Shown here in pieces: positions 12,628-24,469 of a stretch of 64,000 nucleotides of DNA. A model generated the notes under the pieces. That model was not told the DNA's origin. It searched no databases and saw only the letters and a list, made by a program, of their open reading frames with translations. The position numbers were made by a program, and so were the translations under genes. Location: assembly GCA_964035545.1 (NCBI GenBank), contig OZ037768.1:21063700-21127699 (forward strand), in the 5' to 3' direction. Position 1 is the stretch's first letter. Each line of letters starts with the position of its first letter. The DNA comes from Bugula neritina. Taxonomy: Eukaryota; Animalia; Bryozoa.

Positions 12628-15123
12628 CTAATCAGAATCAACGTTCATTCCACAGAAGGCCCAGTAGCAAGAGCCAGTTCCCAACACTTTGTAAATGTAG
12701 TCACCAGCCCTCTCGGAGCACTTCTGGACCAGCATGGAGTTGGTCTGAGGCCATGTGTACCTACACAGACATAACATCATAATTATAATATTCTCTTCAT
12801 TGTGTTAATTATATCACATTTATAAATTAATATTATTTTGCACTTGAAAAATTACACTGTACAACATAAGAATTGGTTTGCATTGTTCATGTTAACTGTG
12901 ACAATATGGTTACTGTAGCACTGTAGTGATTATTGTGACAAGGTTTATTGTAATTTAATGTAATAATAGTTGTAATAATGCAATAGTATTATAGTAAGTA
13001 TAGAAAAATAACCAACCATGAGCAATCTCCATTCCAGCTACCATATATGGGCACCTGGTGTATCTCTCCCACTACAGTTGGCATAGGGGCATTAGTCCAG
13101 AATCCTCCATGACTTCCACAAGAATATTTAACAGGACATCTGTTGGACATCTGTGAGCCGGCAGATCCTGTGAACCTGTCCATGTATTGAATAAACAGTC
13201 TCAGTGAATTCACACACTGATTAGTTTGAGATTGTGCTCTAGACTAGATCGAAGCTCTGCAAAAAGTTGGCTTTGGAAAATTTCAACCCTAAATTCAGAC
13301 CTTATTAAAACAAGTTAACTTCTACATTGACTTTCAATCTCTTTGCTAAATCATATATAATATGGTGATTTCACGAGATATAAACAATCATTTATATACC
13401 CTTATTATCTTTATTTATATGATATGATACTATTCATGTGGCCCTATTTGTCTATATCAAAACAAATATATATTGTGTAGCTACCGTTAATTGAAAGCTA
13501 AAATTAATAAACTATGCATAAGTTGTATATTGTAAACCGACTATGCACCTGAACCAGTGTTGCGCTCTCTGTAGCTCTCGGTCACATGCATAAAACCCAT
13601 TGGCTGGTAGGAGATTAGAGCCGTCCAAGTCTCGTCTCCATGATCCAGTCAGATTTACAGTCTCCATAGATCTGCAAGGACCTGAAATATACAGCACAGG
13701 GTTCTTCATAAATTCTAGTTATGGTGTTGAGTTAACCCAGCAGCCCTTGTGGTGTACTTGGTTAGCGTGCCTGCTTGCAAGCCGAAGGTCTGTGGTTTGA
13801 ATCCCAGTGAGGGCAACTATTTTACAGGCTATTTCAGCCTTTAGTGAAGTGTAGTAGAACTCTATAAAGGAGGTTAAGTGGCTAGGGGAGCCTGATGACT
13901 GAAGGAGTAGTAGAGAGGCTAGTGGAGTTCTTGAAAACTGGGTGGGATGTGGTGTTGAGTTTACCTAGCCGGAGGTCTGTGGTTGGAATCTCAGTGGGGG
14001 GCAATTCTTTTACAGTAATAACTTTAATTTATAGCTGTTTGGGTGCAATTTTGACAGTTTTAATTATTTTAATATATACTATGTTATACTTTAACTCGCT
14101 AATTGCTTTCAATTAATTTCACCAAATCACAACTTCTTCTCCTGTATATAAGTATTTTTTTTAATTTGTCACAGTTCTAGAGAAAATAAACATTTTAAAT
14201 AATGAGTAAATGAATACGTTTGGACTGATGCATCTAACTAAAAGTATTAAATGTATGATTTCAAATTAGAAAGCTTTGGCTACATTTGACAAGAAAATAT
14301 GTATTTACGGCAGCAAGTTCACAAATATAAACAACACAGTTATACCGAGTATAGATGGTTGGTTAGAAGGTTGACTTGTAGGTGACAGAACTGTAGGAAC
14401 TGGAGTTGTTGGGTTGGGATCCTCAGACTCTCCCTCTACGTCACATTCATTTAAGAGATCTCGTAACAACAGTCTCAGAGATTCTTCAGATTGCCTCTTC
14501 TTCCTGGCACCTATGTTTATATACACTGATTTATATCAAGTGTCTACAACAGCATTTGTGTTCAATGTTGTTATAATACAGCTTGTCAGTTTGTATCTGG
14601 TGTTGGCTATATATAGCCATGAATGAACTAGTTATATATTAGTATATTCAATAGACATGGTGGGAGCGCATTTGGAAGTTAAAATGATTTACTGCTGCAT
14701 ATCGTTATGCCATATCACGGCATTAGCCTGTTACATGTTTATTATAATAATTTATTTTTTGCCAAAGATGAAGGTATGTGAAGTGCAATGGAGAATTTGA
14801 GAAAAGCCAGCATTCCATATGCAAGATGTAGCATCAGAGATTTTGTTTGCAAGAATTTTCTAAAACAAAAAAAAATTATTAAGTTTAAGCAATTGGAAAG
14901 GTTTGGCTACTGATTTTCAAAGATTTGCTGCTTTTAGTTAATTGGTTAGAGACTCACCACCAGTCCTGAGGTCAGCGTGACAGTGCTGCTCGATGTTTGA
15001 CATCAACATGTTTACCTTCTCATCTGTCGTGTCCTTCAACTCATTCTTTTTCTTCAGCTCTTTTAAGGAAAGGTCTGCATTAGCTGAGATGACTAAACAT
15101 AGTACGCAGTAAGCCCAAAGCAT
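12628..15123 (-). CDS. Secreted uromodulin/GP2/OIT3-like D8C-domain protein, copy B (251 aa, 5 exons)
   Basis: Exons 15123-14958, 14510-14346, 13681-13549, 13175-13017, 12760-12628. Exon lengths identical to copy A, intact frame, about 6 amino-acid differences. Confidence 0.9.
13743..13815 (+). mobile_element. tRNA-like SINE head or tRNA pseudogene, copy B
   Basis: Paralogue of 6840-6912. Confidence 0.6.
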
Positions 15124-15589
15124 TGTGTTGATCACTAGTGAACAGCTGCGATGACAACACCAACATGAAAAGTAGCAATAGTTGTGTGGGTTACTCTTTT
15201 TATAGCTGGTAATATTTGTACCATGCAGTTTTCATCTACAAGGAAATAAAAGCAGCAAAATATTATAGTTCAATCAGATGCAAATGGCAATCATGCATAC
15301 AGCAATATAAGGATAATCTAGATAACAGAAATGGAGTAAATGGCATGATGATACTAAAAATACAGAAAACAGCTTTAAAGAATGACTTACTGTTTACAAG
15401 TAGCAATATTATACTTAAATAGCCAGCTATTCATTGATGCTTTGCCACAGCATATAATGTTCAGGATGTCACAGCATAATGTTCAGGATGTCACAGCATA
15501 TAATGTTCATGCAGGATGTGTTTTTGATGAAGATTCATGAATAACTGTGGCAGCAGACCTATGTGAACCATACTGCTGAGTATTGCGTA

Positions 15590-16070
15590 GGCCTACTGTA
15601 TATGGTGTTGCATAATATGGTATGTATATTAGAGTATTTTATATGGTATTGTATTATAGTATTATTTATGGTATTGTATTATATTATTAATATATATGGT
15701 ATTGTATATGGTATTGTATATGGTATTGTATAAAGTATTATATATGGTATTGCATAATATGGTATGTATATTATAGTTTCATACATCGTATTGTATATGG
15801 TATTGCATAATATGGTATGTATATTATAGTTTCATACATCGTATTGTATATGGTATTGTATATAGTACTATATGTGGTATTATATATGGTAGTGTGTATG
15901 GTATTGTATATAGTATTGTATATAATACTATATATATGGTACTGTATATGTTCTTGTATATGGTATTGCATATTTTATATTGTATTGTATATGGTATTGT
16001 ATATGGCATTGCTTATGTTATTGTATATAGTATATATTGTATACAGTAATGCATTCATCATTGTATATTG
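15590..16070. repeat. Degenerate 12-bp tandem repeat (ATGGTATTGTAT)
   Basis: Periodic repeat producing spurious Y/I/V/L-rich ORFs. Confidence 0.85.
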
Positions 16071-17033
16071 CCTTTATTGTAATTGACCCAATAATTTTTT
16101 CAAAGTTAGCTAATCCCTTTGTTCTATAGCTTTAAAGCTTCCAGTCAAAATCGGACTACAACAGTTGGTTAAAAAGAGTACTCAGTTAAAGAGAGACAAC
16201 TCTATTAAATTGCTAAACCCTACACTTTTTTTTTTATAAGCTGTGGTACTATAATATAATACATGATTTTTAGCCAAGTTAGGTTTAATTGATATATATG
16301 AATAAAGCAGAAAAATAAACCTGTAAATTATTCTATATAATTAAAATCATGCTTCATCTTTTTAAAAGAATTGAAATAGGTTCAACCTGTATCCATACTG
16401 GGAATATAATTATAAATGCAGCAATATGCTTCAGCACATAAAAGTTTAATTGAAAGATTAAGATTAAATATATTGAGGACAGGTAGCACCTTGTACTGTA
16501 ATAATATATATTATTTTTTACATGCTCGTGTTAGTATTAGCCATGGATTCACACAATGTATAGCCAGTTCTCTTCAAACTAATTTACTTCCTCCACCAAT
16601 AAGGATCGAAGTGTTAGTGCAAGCACAGCTATAGCATTGTTGCCATAACATATTGAAAGGTACATAAAGCTGGGCTTATTGTAGCTAATCCAAGCTTGCA
16701 ACAGCTTGATGCTAACAAATATATAAACTTTATGAAAATTCGCTTTACTTATAGTTTACTATAGAATAGCTTCAGCAGAAGAAAGCACAAATTCATGGGT
16801 ACAATGACTGAGGGAATATATAAGTATAGTTAACTAACTATAATAATCACTGTAGTATAAAATACTAATATAAGCTATGTCTCGATCTAAAAATCAAAGG
16901 AAAAAATCAATTAAAATGCAGACAAATAATTTTTATAGTGGTGTAATTTAAATACAAAGAAAAACAACTAATTTTTTAGTTTTAACACATTATATAGTTT
17001 AAATTTCTCAGGTTTGTATGTTTTCTAATTTAG

Positions 17034-18858
17034 ATGGTGGATATTTTTATAAATTCATTGCAAATGATAGACCGGGTGAAAGGGAAATTTCACAATATTC
17101 TACTTCGTATTCTGAAGGAAACAGATATACTGATGTACCTAATATTCTATCTTTGTCGGCTGCACGGTCATATTTTAGTAAAGATCCTGGCTTATGTTGT
17201 CAAGAATCATCTGATGAACCTCTGTCCAAAGTTATATCTGATGCTCTCACTCTACTGAATGATACAGAAGGTGATGTGTTTATTGGTTACACATTTCAAG
17301 GTACTATAATAATATAATAAAACAGGTAGAAATTTAATATATATTGGACAATTTTTCTACCCACTTTTGTGTAAAGATATTTAGCCAGCTAAGCAAAGAC
17401 CATACACACTTTTATTTTATAGCTGGTGAAATGTAATTATTTCGTACTGCATTTTGGTAGAGGTGCATGAGAGGTACACAGAGTTATAATGCCTTAATTT
17501 ATCCGCGGGGAATGCTGCAGCATTTCACTGGTCTATATTTATTTGATTGATAGTATTTAATGTCAATATAGTATATATTGTACTCAATTTATAATTCCCC
17601 ACTATGATAAAGTGCTAAAACTTCAGTTTAATTTCTTGAGCATGCATCAGTTTATAATGTCTCACAACCTTCAAGAGCTAAAAGAAATAAAATTTAAAAA
17701 AGTTCTTATATAATATGTTCTCTTACCTATATTTGTAAATATCATTTGGAAGACTCAGAAGAGAGAAACTCTAATTCAATTATTTTATCTCATGATCAGC
17801 CATGCAGTTTCTAGTTTTAATTTTCTACTTGTTGCTTCTGCATGACTAGTGGAAATATATTTAGATATTTTAGGACTAATATTTGGGTTTTTAAAACAAG
17901 TTTTGTCTGTTGAACATGTTTTAGTGCACCATCTTGCTATAATAACAAAAACTATGAATGCTCTATAAATAAAAATGTTTTGTTTTTCTTCATGCATTGC
18001 TGCGGCAACAGTAGATTATATATTATAATCTATCAGTAATATTATTACCATAATGTATGTTTCGAGTAGATTTTTTCAATTTCAACAAACCTATAACTTT
18101 ACTGTTTCTATAATATTACTTGAAATATATATATATATGAGTTGGCGAATGCATTAATGTGAAAATATTTTATGATCAGTCTCTCAGCTTTGAAGGCTTT
18201 TGTCAATTGTTTATATTAAATGATTTTTGCAGAGCACGTTGAGAAAGAAAGCCGGAAAAATTCAACTTTCAAGATATCTGTATGTAGAAACAAGAATCAG
18301 TTTCAGAGTAACCTTATAGGCTCACAATTTCTCACTCGCTCTGTTCCAGAAGAAACAAATATATGGGGTAAAGACAGGAATAATCTAGAATTACACATAA
18401 ACAAACACACTAGAGAAGAGTCATTTCAATCTATAACTAGTAACTCTGAAAACTCTTTGAAAAATAATTTAAAACTACATACGGTAAAGCGCACTGAAAA
18501 AAATTTATCTGCATATAATGGCGGTGATTACACTCTCAATCAAAAACATGCTCTACAGCAACATAAGGTGAAACACACTATAGAAAAACCCTTCCAGTGT
18601 GTTTTTGTAACTTTAACTGTTCTGGCAAGCATAACCTGACAGTACATATAAGAAGGCATACTAGCTGGTGAAAAGCCATTTGTGTGCAAGTTTTGTGAAT
18701 ATAAATTTGTTAGGAAAAGCTCTTTAAAAAGGCATGTTTTGAACAAACATTCCCGGGAGAAACCATTTCAGTGTGATTTATGCAACTATAAATGTGCTGC
18801 AAAATACTATTTACCCAAACATAGGAAAACTCATACTAAAAAGATGATACTTTTGTAA
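17034..18858 (+). pseudogene. C2H2 zinc-finger gene, disrupted
   Basis: Phase-1 exons 17034-17270 and 18233-18858. Eroded fingers, then HTIEKPFQC, GEKPFVCKFCEYKFVRKSSLKRHVLNKH and EKPFQCDLCNYKCAAKYYLPKHRKTH. A -1 indel near 18605 gives TGA at 18637, and a +4 insertion near 18663 restores the frame. Confidence 0.75.
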
Positions 18859-19861
18859 AGTATCTACTTATTATAAACGATAATTGATAATAAACGTGTA
18901 GAAACACTGAATTTAGTGCTCAATCTAAAAATGAAGCAGTTTTTTTATGTTTTTTAAGTAATTATAGTAAAGCTGGATATGGTAACATGTGTAGCTAGCA
19001 AAGTATATATGGTAGCCAAAAGTTCTATATAGATTACATTTGAAAGGAAATTTTCATAACATTTATACAGTTTGCCAGTCAATTTAGTAATAAAAATGAC
19101 ATATATTTTATATTTAATATTTTTTTCCTTAATTGGCAAGAAAATAACCACTGTTTCCTTTAAATTTAAGTTATGCTGATCTTTGTATACTAACTACAAC
19201 TATTGTACTGTTGCATAAGTGATTACCCCTGATATAATTATTTAAGCTTTTCTTTGAAGATGTTACGGTAAACTGTGATGTAATGTACATGTGGTAATTC
19301 AAGCTTTGAACTAGAAGCAATTACAAAATAAATTTATAGTTATCAACTCTATAGACATATTGCTCTGGTAGTCAAGGTGTTCGTTTATAACTGATAAATG
19401 GGAGGTTTTCTAAAGATAATTCTGACTTGTGTTGTTAGAGGAAACATAAGCTAAATACAAGAGAGTGTGAAAGTTGGGAACCAAAAAGATGCAATGTTGT
19501 TGATTATGTTGATTATATAAAGGCATGCGCAGTAATGAAAATAATACACAGTAATTTCTTAAAGGTTACAGAGCTGCTACAAGAGTAGTGTGTCATTTAA
19601 AGCTTTCTCTGAACACAAAAATAATTTCATTTTATTTAGACTTTCCACTTGTATTGCTTGAAAACATTTTATAGCATATAACATATTATAAAAATAGCCA
19701 TATAATATATAACTCAATTTCCATTTATTAACATGCAGGAGACATGCATATGTATAGTTCGTAAACTTGAAATGGTTATACAACCAGCAATATTACAGAG
19801 CTTTCTTAGTTATATAATATGCAGTTGTATACCAGTTGTAACATATTTACTGTAACCTGTA

Positions 19862-20360
19862 TTATAATATACTGCAACCTATTTACTGCCACCTATATAA
19901 TATACTGCAACCTATTTACTGCAACCTATATAATATACTGCAACCTATTTACTGCAACCTATATAATATACTGCAACCTATTTACTGTAACCTATATAAT
20001 ATACTGCAACCTATTTACTGCAACCTATATAATATACTGCAACCTATTTACTGCAACCTATATAATATACTGCAACCTATTTACTGTAACCTATATAATA
20101 TACTGCAACCTATTTACTGCAACCTATATAATATACTGCAACCTATTTACTGTAACCTATATAATATACTGCAACCTATTTACTGCAACCTATATAATAT
20201 ACTGCAACCTATTTACTGTAACCTATATAATATACTGCAACCTATTTACTGCAACCTATATAATATACTGCAACCTATTTACTGTAACCTATATAATATA
20301 CTGCAACCTATTTACTGCAACCTATATAATATGCTGCAGCCTATTTACTGCAACCTATAT
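19862..20360. repeat. 33-bp minisatellite (ATAATATACTGCAACCTATTTACTGYAACCTAT), about 15 copies
   Basis: Near-perfect tandem units. Explains the 216-aa IIYCNLFTATY ORF. Confidence 0.95.
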
Positions 20361-20449
20361 GTCTACTGTGGCCTATAATTTAAAGCTTCTATTAATATAT
20401 TTATGCATAGTGTTAATAAGGCCATCAAATTGCTGTCCTAATGTGAATA

Positions 20450-20860
20450 TAATTTTAGAACACACTTAATATTTACAAACTACAATGGGTGGATTTAAGA
20501 GCCAGAAATTCCTACACTATAATATCAAATCTACATGTCTTTGCTCCTATTATATAGTATACAAACTGCACTGTATATTTAGTAATTTGTAGTAACAATC
20601 AGACGACTAAATACTTTCCAAAATATAAATATAATATTTAGCATCCATTACTAAACTTTTAAAATAATAGTGAGATTTAGAGGGAGATAAGCTGGCTACA
20701 CTCCTATCATACTAACCAAGCTGGCATATCTGCATGTATAGATAAACTCTGTTAGTAAACAATGAGCTCCTTTATCATAGTAGTATAAGTAGTCTTACCA
20801 CTTTGGCCAGGTGACCGCACCCATCACCAGCTCATCTCAACCCAACTATGGCAAGCAAAT
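20450..20860 (+). promoter_or_regulatory. Putative promoter and first exon (ATG GCA AGC AAA T|GTAAGT) of the LRR-Roc-COR-caspase gene
   Basis: TATAAGTA at about 20784. ATG at 20848 is followed by a strong phase-1 donor at 20861, compatible with the phase-1 acceptor at 28507. The same layout is conserved at 53400-53700. Confidence 0.45.
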
Positions 20861-21659
20861 GTAAGTAGATATATCTTTATTTTATATTAACTGTAATTTT
20901 GTTAAATAGACCTAAGCTATACAGTTTCTTCTACATGCATGTCTGCTATATTATCATCACCAAGTAAGTTAATATAGCTAAATCATGAATTAGATACAGC
21001 TTTCTAAGCGTAGAGCTACATGACGCTGGTTTCTTGCATGTGGGTGTCAATTTTTGAAAACTTGTGCCGGGAACGACCTGCCACACACAATTTATTAGCT
21101 AATGATCTTAAGGTTTAACTTTACTGCTGGTCTACAGTTGTTTGTTTTTAAATCTACCTCATCGGCAAAGTGACTCTAGATATTATAAAAGCAGAAATGC
21201 AAACTATATGAAACTGTTTTAATTCAGTATGCTAAAAATTCAAAAATTGTGTTAGCTAAATGATAATCATCCAATTAGATCAAACTCAGCATGTTATTCG
21301 CACACAACAGCCCATTTTTGGGTTCAATGGGATTTTAGCATGTTGGCTGGTAACCGGAGTTGTGTGTCCCTACATTCATTTTGCAGACAACTTTTATTTT
21401 GCTTCACAACTCAATTTAAACAATCCAAACCTAATCTGCAACAGGTAAATGCATCTGAAAAAAATCTTGTGCAGTAAACTATATAATGTTTTCCTTATGT
21501 TAAAAACAATATTTCTGATACTTTCAGATTAATTACATAAGCGTAATGTTATAAAATTTGATATTTAATCATTGTATTTCAAGCATACTAACTGCTTTTT
21601 AAACATCAAGGCTGAAATGATGTCATTATAGTATAGTAACTGTATCGAAAGTGTTGCGT

Positions 21660-21885
21660 AGGTGTAGTGTGAGTATAGTGTAGGTGTAGTGTAAGTGTAG
21701 TGTAAGTGTATTGTAAGTGTAGTGTAGTGTAGTGTGGGTGTAGAGTAGGTGTAGTGTAAGTGTAATGTAAGTGTAGTGTGAGTGTAGTATAAGTGTAATG
21801 CAAGTGTAGTGTAAGTGTAGTGTGGGTGTAGTGCAGGTGTAGTGTAAGTGTATTTTAAGTGTAGTGTAGGTGCATTGTAAGTAAG
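21660..21885. repeat. (GTGTAA/GTGTAG-type) short tandem repeat
   Basis: AGTGTAAGTGT periodicity. Paralogous array at 62352-62620. Confidence 0.9.
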
Positions 21886-23342
21886 TGTATTTACGATTGA
21901 ATACCCTACAGCCTACATGACAGATCATGCGCACTTAACTCTGCTAAGACAAATTGATCCTTCAGCCTATCACAAACTGAGTTATGTTACACCAGCCCTT
22001 CTGATCAATGAACTAGAAATTTTTGCTCAACTTATAATTTTAGTTGTTGGGGTTTGGGGTTTGGATTAGAGAAGTGACGTTCTGTTTTATTGCCAGATAT
22101 AATATTTCTATTCTACGCAACTTCAGTACTAAAACTAGTGGTCGACTTTGGAAAATAAGCTGCAGTTCTTTAGAAAATAAGCTGCACTAAACTCTGTTGG
22201 ATTTTAGCTTCGTCCTTAGCCCAACTATAAAATGCAACAAATAAAAGCTTATTTATTATGTATATCAAAAATAAACTTGTATTTTAGACCTTGTGTTATA
22301 GAATATAATATGCTGCATTACAACTGGTACTTTTAATGTGTGTATTGAATAATACTATTAATAATACTAATAATGGGAAGTGTCAGAAGTTATTCCATAA
22401 TATAATTTCCTAGATTACTGTGAACAAAAAGCTCTATTAGTTTACTCAGTAAACTGTTAGTATAGCTAAACTGTCTCTGTGACTGTTTAGAAGTGAAATC
22501 AGTAAATAAAAGTAGAACCTGAACAGAACTTGCATAATTCATTGTGGCACAAGTCAGCTAGGAAAACCTCAGTAGATGCAGTGTTATTATATAACATGAT
22601 AGCAATACATTTAATATAGATAAGCTACACATATTCCGTTCACCCTTTGTCCCCTCCACCCACTTTGTCTATGTGGCTACTTGCACAATAATTTAGATAT
22701 GATCTCTACATATTGCAGATAATCTTTAAGATATTCCATTTACTCCCCCCAAGTCGCATGACTGTTAGTAAACATTACTATCAATAAATAGTCTCTAAAC
22801 TCTACTGCACAGCCAAGCGACTGGTTGTTATCATTGTATTTTATCCAAATATAAGATAAAGCTAATTAACAAACAAAATACCTGGACCAGTCTATATACT
22901 ATCAGCGTTATTTCTTATAAAAACTAACATTACATATGTCTATGCTGTCGGTTGCTGCATTTCTTATTGTGAAATAATATATTAGTGTCCTAAAAACATA
23001 ATATGATTTATTTCTATGTAATTACATTTCTATTTAATGTAACAAGAACTATTTCTATGGAACTATATGCCTCAAATTTTTATTTGAATCTAGTTAAACT
23101 AAACTATGAGCTTTTCCTAACTGTTTGCTTACTGTATGGCATTTTAATGGTCTAAGTTAGTTAGCATCTTGTGCCCACACACCAGTCACAGTTAACATTT
23201 CAGTGTGGTATATATAACCACTGTCAGAAATGCAAAAATTAAAGTAAAGTGTTCGTGTGCGCGTGTGTGCATGTGTGAGTGTGTGGAATTATGACCAGAT
23301 TCATTCCTGACATCACTATTGGTTTAAATATAAAGTATATCT

Positions 23343-23651
23343 CCTCATTCACACTTTGCCGAATCGTACACCGTGACGTAAAATATCAGCAGCTATTTGT
23401 ACAAATGTCTGAGCTTCCGATACAGTGTTGCAGTACATTAGGATCAAGCACTGCTTGATTCAAACAAGTTTTGACGGGCTTCATTAGACAGGAAGATATT
23501 TACATCCATTCATTGGATATAAATGTCCAATGGAGTCTCATAGAATGTACCCAATAGCGCACTTGGAGAAATTCAGCTCGGACACATTAAAGATGGCTGA
23601 CATCTTACGATACCTACAATACCTACAATACCGCAAAGTGTGAATGAAGGG
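23343..23651. mobile_element. Putative MITE
   Basis: Inverted termini CATTCACACTTTGC...GCAAAGTGTGAATG. Confidence 0.5.
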
Positions 23652-24228
23652 TATGACTAAAATATGCTCAGAGCAAGATGTGACATGGTAAACAAGCGAA
23701 TCTGTCCACTATACATATAAATACTAATCTGACTTTTTCCTCTTTCAATTCCCTTTCTCTTAATATTCTTGCCATGGTTAAGATTTAAACTCAAATATTG
23801 AATACTGTTTACAGTGGAGAAGTTTTATTTTAATTAATTAGTTTGACTATTTTAGGTGGTTAAATATGTTATGTGTTACATAAACCCTCTGCATGCAATG
23901 TTTAGCTAATACAATATTTACTTTATTATCTCTAGTACTTGCTTTTCCAAGCTAATTGCTTTGCAGCCTCTATAAAGTCTCTGGTTCCTACTCATATGTC
24001 ACGCTAGTAATACTGAGGGATGCCAATCACAGCCCTTGTTTTAATGCACTGCTAGAATGTAGGCTACATTAGTAATAATATCTTGGTAATTGTATGGGGA
24101 GGGAATGGCCTCAGTCCCACACTGCTAGCCTGGCTACTGAGAAAGTGAAAGGTGGCTGTAATTTTATATCCTAAACTAGAATACAGAATAATATGACTTA
24201 CTGCATGGTAGAGAAATGTTTACTCATT

Positions 24229-24296
<68 letters not shown>

Positions 24297-24418
24297 ATAA
24301 TTGTATCGTGAGATTTTTAAAAAACAGCGGATAAAAAAGTGCTCAAATTATTATGTGTATAATAATGAGCAATTATATTATTGAGGAAAAGAGCAATTTA
24401 ATTATACAGATGTTGTTT

Positions 24419-24469
24419 TATTGTACTACTAATAGTTTCATGCCTCTTCGGCACTCCTCAGGCACAATA
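24419..24469 (-). ncRNA. Minimal type I hammerhead ribozyme in Penelope 3' region
   Basis: Minus strand: TATTGTGC CTGAGGA GTGCC gaaga GGCAT GAAA C tatta G TA GTACAATA (stem I, core, stem II, GAAA, minimal stem III, GUA site). Confidence 0.85.

Larger units (their letters stand above)
11665..16540. repeat. Tandem segmental duplication, copy B
   Basis: Colinear with 5070-9900. Confidence 0.92.

Noticed and set aside
19819-20469. 216-aa ORF of IIYCNLFTATY repeats
   Set aside because: Translation of a 33-bp minisatellite. The repeat is degenerate and non-coding in the two homologous modules.
21660-21885. Interstitial telomere repeat
   Set aside because: The unit is GTGTAA/GTGTAG-like, not TTAGGG or TTAGG.
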